DNA of 64,000 nucleotides. It comes from Vicugna vicugna (taxonomy: Eukaryota). The translations under genes and the position numbers were made by a program. The stretch lies in assembly GCA_013265495.1 (NCBI GenBank), contig MU058451.1, forward strand, positions 186,001 to 250,000, written 5' to 3'. The notes under the pieces were generated by a model. That model was not told the origin of the DNA. It was given only the letters and a program-made list of their open reading frames with translations, and made no database searches. Shown in pieces: positions 39,501-54,220 of this stretch; position 1 is the stretch's first letter, and the number at the start of each line of letters is the position of its first letter.

Positions 39501-41889
39501 TCCTCGTCTGTGTGTTCATGTTTGTCTGGTTCAAAACGTATTTTGTTTTAGTATTTTTCCCCTTTAACCAATTAGGAACCATGTATGAAGCTACCTGACA
39601 GTTAAATACACACAACACAAACCCGAAAAATGTATACACTTGTTCCAGAGAAATCCTGCTTGTGGCAACTCAGGTTGGAACTCAGGTTTATTCCCCTCGG
39701 GCTTCTTTAGGAAGAGAGGACAGAGTGAAAAGTGTACTGTCCGGCGTCTGAGAAGAGCTTAACTGCGTTCTCCAAAACTGCACCACGCACAATCTTTACA
39801 TCATACAGAAACAGAAGTTTAAACCATTCTATTCAAATGCTTAAAACAGTTTTGTTGTGAACTCACATTTTTACATATCAAAGAGTGGGCACCCCCTTCC
39901 CCCTACCTAATCTCAAAAATGAACTGGGGCTCCAGCAGGGCGGTGCAGGGATCAGTGCTGACCACATGGGCAAGGTGGTGCATCGGGGCCCGGGGCTATT
40001 ATGAATGGCTCACCTTCTGCACAAAGATCACCAGGGCCCTCTTACAGGGAAGAGCTGTCACCTTAGGATGGCATGTTCAACTGTCTAGACAAACAAGAAG
40101 TAAAGCCTGATAAAATAAAGGATCTGACTGGGTTTGAAGGCCAAATATATGCCACTGTAGAATATTTAGAAGTTTGTTCACCTCCACAACAAAGAGAATG
40201 ATTTGATTTGTATTTGTGGGTTTTCAATACATGCACCCAAACTTTGTCTACCTTTGGAGAATGATCACTGTACTCAGAGGAAGAGATTAGGTGAAAAGAA
40301 AAAGACTAGAAGGAATTTGAGGAATAATCTCAATGCAGACATTCCTAATTTTCTAGAATATGAAGTCTGTCATTATCACAGTTTCCTGAGTTCAAAAGAC
40401 ATTCTAGAGAGTTCCTGTCAAATATCTACCCAGCAGTTGCTGTATTTCATCATGACAACAGGAATAAATACGTCTTTAAAGTGAGCCTTTATACACCGTA
40501 TGCCATGAAATCTCTTCAATTTAAGCAGGAGTGGCAGTGAACCATCAACCAGTCTTCCACAACTATTTACAGCAGCAGGCAATGAGCAAGACCAGGGTCA
40601 GCTTCATGCAGAAACTGACTGCCTCACCAGGCAGCAGGCGCCAAGTGAGGGCTGTAGAAACTGCGGGCCCTGTATGTTTCAAAGCCCAGCAACAGTGTGG
40701 ACCAGAGGTGATCACAAACCGCATGATGAGGTCAAAGTGAAAGGAACAAAGGCCAACATTTACAAAGACCCCTACATTTGGTATCTTGACTACCTTTTCT
40801 TTTCTTTTTTTTCCCCACTGTGGCTTGAATATTGTTTCCTGACTACCTTTTCTACAATGAAATCCTCTCCTTTCTTTATGTATGGTCCTGGAATTCTTGA
40901 GCTAATTTTGTAGGCTAAGGGAAAAAATTTCATGAGACCACCAGTAATTTAGGAATCCTCTTGGATTTTACATGTCATGTGCTTTCAAATACAAAGACTA
41001 TTTAAGCAGTCAAATCCACTTGCAAGAAATTTTTTAACAATTATCTTCTTTAAAGTCTGACAATTTCATTCTCCAGTAAGGATCATGGAAAAGTTTAATC
41101 CACAACTGGAAGATATACACACAGTGAGTGCCACAGCTACTTCATGGATTAAAAACAAAATCCTCAGGAGGTTAATTATGATCATCCATACAGGCCATGG
41201 CATACATCAAAATTAACTATCTAATTATAAATATGAAAAAGACATAATAGTAATTAAGTTACTCCCTATCAAATTAATGGGTTTAAATTAGCTTAAAATT
41301 ACAGTTTTGCTTTACATATATTAGCCTTAAGAGATGTTTCCTCACCATTCTACAACCCTTCAAGTAATGAAATAAAATCTTCATAAAATGTATTCTTCCT
41401 ATTTTCAATTTTAATTATCCTACTTAAGCTGGATGATTTAGTGTTGTGCTGTCATCAAGACTTCAGAAGAGTTCTACCCAATGGCATTTTGAAACAGGTT
41501 TGGCGTCAACCTCGATGAATAGTTTGAATTCAAGAAACCTGTTTCTGGAAATCCTGCCTGCCGGGTGATGGCTTATAGACGAGGCAGATGAAGTGGCTGA
41601 CGATGACACGTGTGCCGGCTAGGCAGGTCCAGTTTTGAGAGGAACCGCAAGAGCAGAGGTAGCCTTCCTTCTGTAGATATCAAGCTGAACCAGAAGACGA
41701 TGCTGTACTCTTGCCATGTATAACTCACCTGCCTCTGAACTGGCAGAGGCAATACGCTGTCTTGGCTTTGCTTTTTCAAAACATTTTTTAATTGCACCAA
41801 TGGCCAATGGGCTTTCCAGAGACCAGAACAGTGGCAGTTGTTAGCTCTGTATTGCCAAGGAAAATATTTGGCTGTGTGTGGGGTTTCCT

Positions 41890-42085
41890 GAGAGCAAGTT
41901 AGTACATGACCTCAATCTTTTCCAAGCTTATCATAATGCTGTGAGGCTGTGCTGATTCAGCAAAGCAATCCATAATCGCCTGCAAAATGCCCCTGCCTCA
42001 CAGGGGTGTTATGAGGCTTAATGGGATAATGCATGTGAAGCACTCTGAACACCGCAGAAGAAAGGCGCTAAGTGATATTATTATT
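41890..42085 (+). mobile_element. MIR fragment
   Basis: CCTGCCTCACAGGGGTGTTATGAGGCTTAATGGGATAATGCATGTGAAGCACT resembles the MIR 3' part. Confidence 0.55.
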
Positions 42086-45000
42086 CTGCTTTTCTAATTA
42101 CAAGCAGCCTCACAAAGACAAGAATCCAATAAACCTGTTTACAAATTACAAATGAAACCTACTTTAAATAATTCAATATGAATAACACTATAACAAAGAA
42201 AAATGTGAAATCATTCATGTTTGAAAAATGGAATGGACAGACTTCATAAGGCTAAGTCAAATGAAAAGAAATAGAAATAGACAAGTTTCTACTGAAAGGA
42301 AATTATATCCCTTAGTGATAAAACAGAAATTGAATCAGAAACTTGTAAGAGGATATTTTACTCAAGTTACCTTGAGACATTGCTGTTAATGAATTAAATT
42401 TAGTATCATTTCTATGGTTTTCCTACCAATAAATTTAAATTTTTAAAAAATCAATGTCAGTATTAACAGTAATAAAATCTCTTCAGTTATTTATGGTAAC
42501 ACCAAAAACATAAATTATAGCTCTTATTGGAATAAAATGTGAGAACTGAATGTAAATTTCTTTCTTTTTAAAATATTAAAACAATGCTGTTTTTTTTTGG
42601 CCAACAGCATTTGTCTCCTAAATGGGAAACACCTGTCTGGCATCTTTCTCGACTAACCCGGGTAGGGGATCAACGACACAGGAAAATCCACTTTGATGGG
42701 GGCGTCTCCAAAGAAGCAGGCCAGGCTGAGGTGGCCCTGCTGGGCTCTTGGGTACCACCACCTTCCTGGATAAGACTGGGGCCCTCTTGGTCCCTGGTGT
42801 CATTTCTTCCGGGAAATCTTGGGCAGCCAACTTTTTTTACCGCCTGTTCCTCCGTAACACAGACACGCTCTCACTACACCATATGGAAATCACCTGATTT
42901 GATCTGGAGCCCCCCCCCCCACCAGAATTCCCTCAAGGCTGTCAAGTCCCTGTGCCAGGGGTTGGATTTTTCACCTGTGCATCCCCATCATCTCTGTCAG
43001 GTCCACAATGACCCACGCAGACACTCAGCCCAAGCGGGGTGAACCGAGCCGCACGCTGGAGGAAGCAATGGAAAGCGCCCTCAGGTGGTCTGGGCGGCTG
43101 TACAGGATCAACGCCAAGCACGCAGATGGTCTAAGGGATTTCACTTCCTAATTTTTATTTATAAATTTGTTTTCAAAAAAGTAATATTTCACGTTTTTAA
43201 AGGGAACATAAGCATGGTATTAGATGGTGAGGATTCCAGGATAAAAAAGACAAGCCCTGCCATCCTGTGTGTGTAACACACACTGGTGAAGCCAAGTGCT
43301 GACGGGGGTGAGTAGGCTCTTCAGAGTGTTATGATTTTATGCAGTAAAAGAAAAATGAAATCTATAGATTTGTAAATATTAGGAGGTATTTAAATTAGGT
43401 AGCTGGAAGACTCCGCTTACTTGGAGAGTAAAGTTCAGGAAAAGGCATTGATCCAGATGCTGAATGAAGAGGGGCTCGAGTGATCTAAGATTTCACTAAA
43501 TGCTTTCAGAGTGAACATGGCAAGAGCTGATTACTTAACTCAAAATAAACTTCCATCAACACACCCGGAACAATGCATACACCTCAGGATGCTAACAGGG
43601 CCTAATTAGTTCTCTGAAGTGTAGCAGCTCAAAGGAATTGTGGAAACGAAAAATGTGAAGGTTAATGATCTTTTATATTATCCTCTCAGGATTAAACCCA
43701 ATTGCCAAGGAAATTAGACTTACAGGTCTCAAAAATTCAGGCTGAGGGCATACTCCACAGGAATAAAAATAGTTTGTAAAATTTTCCAAGAAACCCCACT
43801 GCTGAACTTAAAAGAGAAAAGCCTACAATCACTTGGCTACAAAGGAGTCTGTAAAATGGGTTACGTGTCTGTCCTTTCTAAGAAAAGTATGAGTCACCGA
43901 GTTAGGAGTGAAGCTAAAACACATGCATGTCCAGACCTTCTCTCTCACTTATCCTAATGCGAAGAGCAGGAGCTCAGGCCTAAAACTGCGATTCCAAAGA
44001 GGAGGATTCAGCAGAGGACACAGAAGGGACCTAAGGGGCTCCTCAGATCACTATGCAGAAGAGAAGGCGCACAGGGCAATCGGAGGAATCAACTACTCAC
44101 ACAAGAAGGAAAGTCAAAGTTAGGAGACGAATATTCAAAGTGACCATGTTATGAAAGAGCAAAATTGAGGAGGAGTGAAGTGGTTGTAAGTCAGGACAGT
44201 TCTGGGGAGGACACCCTGGGAAGGGAGCTAAGGGGTAGAACTAATAGAAAAAAAAAAAAAAAAAAAGAACTGAGAATCAGAGTACCAGGACTCGGCTCAA
44301 GAAGAGCCAACATCGGCTCTTTACAGATCCTGACACCGGATCTCTCATCTTTCAGGCTCGTGATGACTACCTCCCACTGTCCTTACCCTGAGAGTCCACG
44401 TGGAAAAAACTCAAGTGTTCAAAATCTGTATTTTTAAAAATAAATATATATAAAAATAGCTTCACTGTGCCCTATCAGCGATGGACGGGCAGGGAGTATA
44501 TTCTTACAATTCTGAGTAACTGCTGTATTGAGAAGACGGTTATCAAAGATAAACTGCTGTTTCCTTGAAGCCACTAAGTAGGGACCGAACACTCGGCTGT
44601 CCACCTGCTCAACCAGGTAACGCAGATCCACTCCCGCCCTCACTCTTCCAAAGGCACAGATGGCCTCACCCCCATTTCTCAGCAACCCCATGTAGAATAT
44701 TTCCTCTGAAATATTGATGAGCCACACTAGTTCTTCATGTAACCTGAGAGCAACTATTTAGTGGTATTTGTCTCTTTCAACAGAATTTAAGGAGAGAGGG
44801 AGAAAAGGAAGCAAGCAGACAGACAGACAGATACACACACGCAGGGTGCGTATGAAAGTGTGGGGGACCCACAGGCACCTCCTGTGGGATCAAAAGAAAT
44901 AAATTTAGGGTTTTCTAAAGACCAAGGATGAAACAAGGAATATAGACAAAGACTGAAATAGAGCTTCATTTATATTTCAAAGAACATCTGGAACACGATT

Positions 45001-47676
45001 TATTATGAGCTTTCAAGACTTCCTGAAAGTCTGTGACTTCTCCTTTGTTATTTTCACTTTATCTGTTGCACTAGCTAAATAATTCCAGAACTGAGCATTT
45101 GCTTCAAAGACAAGATTTGCACATAAAAATCGGAATTCTGTGCTGCAGTGGATCAGGGGAGAAGAAAAAAAAATCCTAGTGGAAATAAAGGTGGTGGTCA
45201 GAGGAAGACCATGGAATGGGGTGCAGGTGAAGAGAAGCAAAGGTAACCTTGACCCAGACTCTCGGGTTTACTGTGCCACCTCGAGACCACAGCAGCTCCT
45301 GGCGTTCAGACTCTCACACATCCAGGTCTCACCCCCCCATCACGAGGGGCCTACCCTTCTGGAACTCTGCTCCTCTCATGAGAGTCTTGGCAAGGAGAGG
45401 CCTCGAGGAGAGGAGTCAGGAGAGACCAGCAGGGCAGAGAGGACAGATCCTCCTAGGAAACCCATGGACGTGCTGACCAGTTAGCCTCTGCCGTGCCCTT
45501 CACCTGTAGTCAACATTGGGTCAGTGGTTCCCACCTTTTGGGGTGAGAAGGTTCTTTTTTAATATAAGTAATATCCACAGAGTCCCCCGGGACAGTTATC
45601 TATGCTTGAAATGACATATAACAAAAAGAAAAGTTTACAATAAATTTTGTAATGCTCCTAAAAGAATTTGTATCCTCTTCATCACTACACCATCCCTGTG
45701 TATTTGAAACACAGCCGTATACACCTCACATATTAAGAACTAGTCTAATTAGAAGCATTGTTGTTACAACAGGCTCTATGAAACTGGCCCAGGAATCTCA
45801 TCACCAAAACCAAATTGGTTTGGTGGAAAATATCCTCCATTCCAAACAATTAGCTTACAGATAGATCTTAGCAGAAAAAATGGGTTTTTAAAGTTGATTC
45901 TTTGTGTTTCTTTCTTATGAAAGCACAGCATATAGGGGGAAAAAACCTCACTATTCAATCACATAAGAAACACACACCCATATAATCAAAAAGACAGAAA
46001 TAATTAACTTCTTTCACTTTTAACAATTTTAGTTCTCTAACAATATTCCAAATAAAATGTGCTATATGTTATTTTTTTTCCCCCAACCTGATATAAAAGA
46101 TCTACAAATTGCAAACAAACTATCAAAAGAAGAAGAGCTCTTAGGAAGGTGGACTTAATTGTGGGGAACTGACACATGTCAATTCTAGTAGGGCTTGCTT
46201 TTTCGCTTTTCCTCACCTTTTCCTCCCTCTTGTCACTGCAATGAGATACGTGTAAAATCTGAAATCTTACAGAATGGTGCACGCACATACCCACCTAACA
46301 CAGGCAGTTTTAAATAAGGAATCACCCCTCTACTGAAATGTACTTCCGGTCTCAAGAAACAGAAGACGCCGACTCCCCGACACCGCTGGGGGAGTCTGTC
46401 CTGTCCACCACCTGGTTTAGAGGTACCCAGGAATGAAGGTCTGGGAAGCAGCGCCACGCTGAGTACTGCCATTACCTATTTCACTTTTCTTTCCTTCCAC
46501 AAGAGAAAATGTCTCATTTCCAAAACTTACAAGCCTAAAAGAACCCTAAACCTATCATAGGTGATCAAGGGTCTAATACTGTAAGAGCAGAATCCAAGTC
46601 CATTTGAATGAACAATTTTTCTTTCCTGGGTACAATCAACGTTATTTCTTCTACGTGACCATGCTGAATTGGTGCTTCCTTTGTTCAAAAATGACAGAAA
46701 TGAGAAATGCAAGGCAAAAGTACGCTTCCAAACAGTTATGGATATATAAACTATTAACTCTGAATATTCGAAGTCTAATAAATATATTTTCCAGGTGAAC
46801 GTTTGTATTGCACACTCTTTCTTTTCAGAACACAAGTTGAGACACACTCTACACAGTCTTGTGTGCCGCTAAGTTCCGTTGTGGGAAACGCGGCTCTCAG
46901 TTCCATTCCTTCCCTTCACTCCTGGTTGTAATGCGCTGAGTATTGGGGTGGTCGCAATGACTGTCAGTAAAGACTGGCTCCCAATATACTCCGAAATGGG
47001 AGCGAACACCTCCACAGGCCAGAAGTGTTGTTTATTTGCACAAATGAGATGGACAGAGAGAATGGTGAACGTTCACTCTGATAGAACAATTCCTCATCTA
47101 CCCACATCAGGGTAGAAAATGAATGTTCTAAAACAAGCCTGGTATCCAGTTTTCTGGCTAAATACCAAGGAGTCTTTTTTTGGCCTGAACAGCAACTTTC
47201 TATTTTCTTCGGATCTTTTATCATTTTCTTTTCCTGACAGGAAAAGAGGAGTTGCCTTGAAAGCACACATCACCTTCTGAAATAGGGAACTGCAAAAGCT
47301 ATTCTTCCCAGTAACTAAGCCGCAACGCCTCAGTATGTCTTAAGTGCAACTGACAACACGCGCACCCAATTCACTCACAGCAAGGTCTTCCCAACGGCAG
47401 ACAGAGCAGGAGTGAACAGCGGGGAACGTTTATTCTTCTCCTTCACTGGGAGGCGCTGGCTTTGGGGCTCGGTACAGATCTGGATTTGAATTCTAGTCTC
47501 ACCGCTTTCACTTAAACCCTAACCCTCCCCTGTAGGGTGTTGCGTGGACGGCCCAGGTGACGTGTGTCACAGCAGCGCCCGGCACACAGTCAGCAGTCTG
47601 TGTGAGCGCGCCTTCTCCTGCGGAAGCGGATCCTTTCGCTTCTGACCGAGTGTGTATTATAAACTTTGCCAGTATA

Positions 47677-47990
47677 CAGGGATAGATCTGGTTTGTAGGG
47701 CCTGAAGCTTATACGATTAGAGGGAAAAAGACTCTTTATGAACACAAAATTAAGAATCATTTCTCATCCTTATCTATGGAGAATGAGAAAAGAAACAGTA
47801 GACACCAGAACTTTGAAGAAGATTCAGATTTCTTCTTCTGAGATCTCTTTAGACAATTATCTGAAATGCTTACGAAGAAGTGCTTCCTGACTCAAGTGCA
47901 GCTTCCCGATCGAGACCACAACCTCACAAGGGTCAGTGCAGGAAGCGGCCTGAGTCCTAAGCTTCATTAGCTTAGTGCTCATTCTGCCTC
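47677..47990. mobile_element. Non-autonomous hAT-type DNA transposon relic (family unassigned)
   Basis: Ends GATCTGGTTTGTAGGGCCTGAAGCTTATAC... and ...CCTAAGCTTCATTAGCTT...TTCTGCCTC resemble MER-type hAT elements. Confidence 0.45.
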
Positions 47991-49315
47991 AGAAAGTATG
48001 CAATGTAAATTCACAGCATATTTCCTATACTATTTATGTCACTCATCTGGCTCTTTGGGAAAATGAGAAAGCTCTGAACACAGAGCAACATTATTCAGAA
48101 GGTATTCATGTCAATGAGAAACTCTTTTCATTGATAAACAACACCTTAGCATCTTTTTCTTTTCATCCTTTGAAACTGAGATAACTAGAAAAAGACAATA
48201 AAGATAATATTGGAGATATTCATCAGTCATCAAAGAAGCCTGGTTAGAAGACTCATAGAGCACAAAGGGGCCTAGGTCAGAGGCAGTTACAACCTAGAGG
48301 GGCCGTTTGTTAACAGTTCCTCAGCCTACAATGCTTCACAACCCTGACTGCAGTCTCTGTAAGATTTAAGACATTTATCACAAGGGAACGCCGGGAATGC
48401 TTTTGTCTACCTAAGAGCATCGTATGGACACACTCTACTAAGATGACAGTCCTCGTTTTGTATAGTAATTGTGTTTCTGCTTATAAGTCATATATTAGTT
48501 ACAAAATAGCTTTTTAGGGGAGGGACAAGGACATTATCTCCAATACATCTAGAATTTTATTTTAAGGTATATTCAGAAGTTTTAAAATGTTACATGTATG
48601 GGTTAAGGGATTAAAAAAAAGAGTTATTTTTCCCTTGCTGCTACATCTGGTTTTCATCTTCAATACTTCTTTAACAATAGGTTTATCACATACAAAAAAG
48701 ATTTAAGATATTTAATAAAATCACAACTAGTCCTGAATATGAGATAAAACTACCCTTAATGACACAGCAATAACTATCATGAATCTTTATTTTGGTTTTG
48801 AGTGTGTTGCTTTTGGAATTTCTCTGTGGGTCTACATTTTCTCTCATAATAAACAAAGGCAAAGTTGAAGACCTGACCACCATTCTCAGAGGTAGGTGCA
48901 GAACACGGAAGAAAGACAGACAGATCGGACTTTGAATTCTGGCGGGTCATTTGCTAGTTTGAAAGCTTCAGCCTCACTATTGTTTCTGCCTATCAGTTTC
49001 CTCATCTATTAAAAATAGACAATAGTATCAACCCTGGAGTCTGTCAGTCATGTTATGCAGGGACACAGATGAGGACAGAGTATGCTTCCAGAGGGATGAG
49101 AAAGTAGCTGAAAATAGTACGTATGTAATGAAGTATATATGTAACAGTACGTATGGATATATTTATATATCTTTCTTGGTCTCAGTTCACATCCCAGTGT
49201 TTCCCTGTTCACTCCTCTGTCAGTTCAAGACTAATCACATCCACTGCAAGTCATCTTGGTAAGGATTTTCTAGAAGAAATTTCTTTAATAACTCATTCTA
49301 TCAGTATTTTTGATA

Positions 49316-49482
49316 CGTCAGAGGACTCTCAGTCCTTGAGGGCATTGGTTTCAGGACCCCTGATGATGCCAGAATCCGGTGATGCTCAAGCTCCTCATAC
49401 AATAAAATGGTGCAGTCCCATCGGGCCTCTGTACCCGCGGGCTCCACATCCGTGGGGTCGACCAAGTGAGGAGGGCTGATTC
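49316..49482 (+). mobile_element. MER2-like TcMar-Tigger MITE
   Basis: ATTGGTTTCAGGACCCC...CCAGAATCCGGTGATGCTCAAGCTCCTCATACAATAAAATGGTGCAGT. Confidence 0.6.
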
Positions 49483-50139
49483 CGTGTACCGTGTACACAG
49501 ATACGCATGTTTACGTGCGAGCTGCACGCACGTACCACTGCGGTACGAGCACGAAGTACCGTGAGAGCTCAACGTATGGGCCCTGGCTTATCTTTTCATT
49601 TCTAGCTGAAAGGCCGGTGCTCACGTTCCGTGAGCCCCAGGTGAGAAAATACACCTGCTGGGGCTCGCTGGCCTGACTCGAGAGGTACGTTTCGTTTGGC
49701 GCTGTCATTACTTACCCACCACCTGTCTTTGCTACCAGACTCTGAGGTGCCTGATGGCAGCAGCTAGGTGAGCTGTGAGTGGCTGAATCCCAGGACTCAA
49801 CAAAGAGGAGGTGCTCAGAGTGTTTTCTGAATAACAAATGTCATGTATCATTTTGACTCACCCCTACCCACCCCTGCCCAAGTTTCACAACTCAGATTGG
49901 GGAGGGTAATTTTCACCTTGCGGTGCTGTCTCATTACTCTGGTAACCATGACGACCCCGACGGCAAGCCTTTCATAGTTCAAGTGTCCTTTTGTAAACAA
50001 AGGGAAGGTATATGAAGTCCACTTAGGAGACAAAATAATAGCTTAAGATTATTCTCTAAATTAGAGGACAGGATACTAAATTTTCAACATGTATCAAAAT
50101 ATTTTAAAATCTGATTTTAAAACAGTAAAATTATAGTCA

Positions 50140-50797
50140 CTGTGCAAAACAGTTATAATGGTTCCTCAAAAAATTAAACACAGAATTACTATCTGAACTA
50201 GCACATCCACTTCTGGGTGTGTGTGTGTATATATATGTGTATATATATATACACATATATAATAAACACAAAACAAAAACAAGAAAGCAGAGACTTTAGC
50301 AGATACTTGTACACCAATGTTCATGACAGCATTATTCACAATGCCCCAAAGGTGGAAACAACCCGAATGTTCATCGCTGGATGAACAGAAAAACAAAATA
50401 TGGTATATATATACATGTAATAGAGTATTACTCAGCCTTAAGAAGGGAGAAAATGCTGATAAAAACTACAATATGGATGAACCTTGAGGACATTATGCTA
50501 AGAGAAATAAGCCAACCACAAAAAGCAAATAAGTATGATTCCACTTACATGAGGTACCCAGAATAGTCAAATTCACAGAGACAGAAAGTGGCATCACGGT
50601 TACCAGGTGCTGGCGGGAGGAGCAGTGAGTATTTACTATGTAACAGATGGAGAGTTTCTGTTCGAGAAGATGAGGAACTTAAGGAGATGCACAGCAGTGA
50701 CAGCTGCACAACAATGTGAAGGTACTTAATGTACTAAGTGTACACTTAAAAAGGCAAAATTTTACGTTATGAATATTTTCCCCTAATAACAACAAAA
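50140..50797 (+). mobile_element. L1M (L1MB-like) ORF2 end and 3'UTR relic with internal (TG)n(TA)n
   Basis: GTTCCTCAAAAAATTAAACACAGAATTAC...GCAGCATTATTCACAAT-like...ATGGATGAACCTTGAGGACATTATGCTAAG. Confidence 0.85.
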
Positions 50798-51704
50798 ACA
50801 GGGTCAAATAGTCAAACCTCAGGTTACAGTTAACTGGTATCCGGTCTTTACTGGGTAAGGACTATTAGCATACCTGTAATTCTCGAATTCTGTGAATCAC
50901 CTTTCTCTGCCACATTCTTAGAAAACAAAATAGGATTCAAGATCTGACATACTGATAAGACTAACTCTGGAATAAAAGCTGGACTAACAATTATAATAAG
51001 CTTCAAAACTGCAGAAGGCCAATTTTTACTAGGCTGTGGGAAAGCTTACATAAGCTGTAGGGGTCTCCATTTCTTACCAACAAAGCTAAGAACACAGTCA
51101 TGCTTTTCCTGGAATTACTACTTCAAAAACACTGGGGGGTGGGAGGGGAGGGTTGATATAAAGATGAGAGGATTAAAAATGGACTCCTATACTTACTAGG
51201 AGAGAAATGACTCTGTGATTAGCAAAAGGTGAACATTTTCTAACCAGAAACGAACTAAAATATTTCAGAGGGAGCAACAGTGATAAAAGGAGGAGAGAAC
51301 TGGGAATGGACACTTCAGTGCCACGACTGCCAACCCCATGGCCAGACAGTAGCCAGCACGATCTGTGAAAGGCACACTTCTTCCTTCCTTGTAACCTACA
51401 CAATGAAGTCTAATGTAAAAGGCTTCAGGGAAAGAAACGTTCTTCAGGGAACACGAGAATTGGCTGAAATGAGGGAAAATGTCTAAAAGGGAAATCTCAA
51501 TGCCACCGTGGTTTTCTTTCATTTTCCTACTGATTTCAGGTTTGCCTCAAGGGATGGTCCCTCTTGTATCTCAGCTTATGGTCACATCTGCTGCCCTAAA
51601 CTATTCAGCAGTATGTGACAGTGAGACACGTGACTACAGAAGGCATTCAGCGATGCAATATGCTATTAGACACTTACTCTTTTCAAAGTGTCTCCTTGGA
51701 AAAA

Positions 51705-52572
51705 TTTCTCAGCATCATTAATTATCAGGGAAATGTAAATGAAAGCCACAAGGAGGTATCACCTCATACCAATTAGGGCGGCCACTAGAAGAAAGCAAGT
51801 GTTGGTGAGGATGAGAAGAAACTGGAATGCTTGGGCACTGTTTGCAGGATTATAAAAATGGTGCAGACAGTATGGAACACAGTATTGAGGCTTCTCAAAA
51901 AACTAAAAACAGAACTACCAAGACACAGCAGTCCCACTTCAAATAGATACTTACGTACCCATATTCATTGCAGCATTATTCACAATGGCCAAGACGTGGA
52001 AGCAACCTTAATGTCTATGGATGGATGAGTGGATAAAGAAAATCTAGTATATACATAACAGAATATTATTAAGCCTTTAAGAAAAAGAAAATCCTGCATA
52101 TGCTACAGAATGGATGAACCTTGAGGAAATTATGCAAAGTTCAATGAGCCAACCACAAAGAGACAAATACTACATGACTCCACTTATGTGAGGTATCTAA
52201 AGTAATCAGATCCAGAAAAAACAAAAACAAAAAACAAACAAAAAGGAGGAGCTATTTCTTCATCTTTTGATTTATGCTTAGACAGGGTGTTACTCTATGG
52301 TACAAATAACATACTTTTGAATAAAAGGATTTGTGAACTTAAAAAAAATAATCAGAGTCATAGAAACAGAAAGTAGAAGGTAGCTGCCAGGGGCTGGGGA
52401 AGGGGAAATGGTGAGGCGGTCAGTACAGTTTCCACCATGCAAGATGAAAATTTCTAGGTCTCCTGTACAACAACAGTGTGCACATAATTAATAGTACAAT
52501 ATTGTACACCTAAAAATTGTCAAGAGGGTAAAATTATGCTATATGTTTCTTACCACAATTAAAAAAAAAAAG
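51705..52572 (+). mobile_element. L1M ORF2 end and 3'UTR relic ending in an A tail
   Basis: CATCATTAATTATCAGGGAAATG...CACCTCATACC...CAGCATTATTCACAATGGCCAAG...TTACCACAATTAAAAAAAAAA. Confidence 0.85.
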
Positions 52573-52773
52573 AACCCAATAAACTAATCAAACCAGAAAA
52601 AAGGGCTCCTTAGAAGGACCAATTAAAACAGCTGAACATATAATAATTTATTACTGTATAATCCAGCTCAGTCTGAAATTAACTGAACCTGAAGCACCCA
52701 GAAACACTCACTTCCCTCTTCCTCGTCCTGCCGGTACAACAGGTTGGGAAAATAGACTTATTCTCACTTGTTT

Positions 52774-52808
52774 AAACAAACAAACAAACAAACAAACAAA
52801 CAAACAAA
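52774..52808. repeat. (AAAC)n microsatellite
   Basis: About 8 perfect AAAC units. Confidence 0.9.
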
Positions 52809-54220
52809 GAATGAGTCACATTTATGCCACTTAAAAACAAAAAACAAAGAACAAAAACAGCTTAATGATTTCATCCTGCAATGATACCAGCAACTGGAAA
52901 TGTAGCAACTTCAAAGCACTGTGACCTTGAAACAGTTATTTCTCCAAACAACTTTAGGAATATGGTTTTATCCACCTGCTGATACCAAAAATGAAGACGA
53001 TACACAACTGAGATTAAAATGAGTTTTTGATAATAGTGATTCTCAAACGGCACAGAAGAAGGAAGAGGAAAAAGAGATGAGGGAGACTGAGACAGGCATT
53101 GAAAGTAGAAGCTCCGTGAATGCTGAATGTTACGATGATACAATTTTGATGGAAAGACCAGAAAATGCTAATTTTCAGAGTGGGCTGGTATTGGAAACTG
53201 TGCTGAGTACGCTATGTGCATATTTTTAAGTTGTTAGAGGATAGAACCATACTTGTAAAATTGTTTTACATAAAACTTAGCTCAATATTATCTGTATAAA
53301 AGTGGAAAATGTTATAACTATGATGAAAATATGCAAATAGGTAGCAAGGATTTTATGACTGAGTGGAGCAGGCAAAGTTTCAGGCTCACATAGCTAAATA
53401 AACAAAGATACTATTTTTTCAAAATCAGCCTCTTTAAAATGTTACATAAAAGGCAGATAAAAAACAATATGAAGTCTAAGAGGACGCATACAAAAACAGA
53501 TTACAAGAGATAATAATGTTCCTGGCCCTGAAGGAAAGCAGCGTATGAAGACTTCAAGAGCATATATTGGCCCTGAGCACCAAGATGCTGTTCATACTTG
53601 CCTAATACAGATATTTTTGGCACCACAAAGTCCAGTGTGTTTTTAAAAATATTATTTTCTTAATTTTTTTTCTGTAGGCAAAAATATCAAAGAAGGCAGA
53701 AAAGGACCTTAGGGGGAAAAAAAGAAAAGAAAACCCCAGGAAGAAAGCTGTCATGCTCTGTGTTTCAACTTCACAAAAGAATTCCAACTAGAGACAGCCT
53801 TTCAAATCTCTTATCATCCAGGATATGAAACTCATTTAGTGGCGTGGCCAACTGAAGCTCAAACTTAATCAAATATGCTGACGAGCCGAAACAGGAGGCG
53901 GTTCACTTCCTTACTTCTGGTTTCCAGCCTTAGTTGCTCCTCACTTGCAAATCATGATGGTCACTTGCTGTGCAAAGTACGAAAATTCCAGGGCACGGGA
54001 GGAGAATCAGTGGGCACCTTAATTGAGTTTTACAAGATGAAAAGTTACATCACCCTGCCTCACCTTAGTCTCCTCTGTCTTTAGGGAATTGCTGAATTTT
54101 ATATAAAGCCTATTTATAAGCCACTGCAAGTGATACCTGCATTCATCTTGCCTTGTGACATCATCGTCTCATCAATAATTTAAGCGTAAGAAATGGATTA
54201 AGGGGACTCTGAAGGGTGCA

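Noticed and set aside
42584..43042. 152-aa plus-strand ORF
   Set aside because: Random-looking composition in GC-rich intron; no supporting signals.
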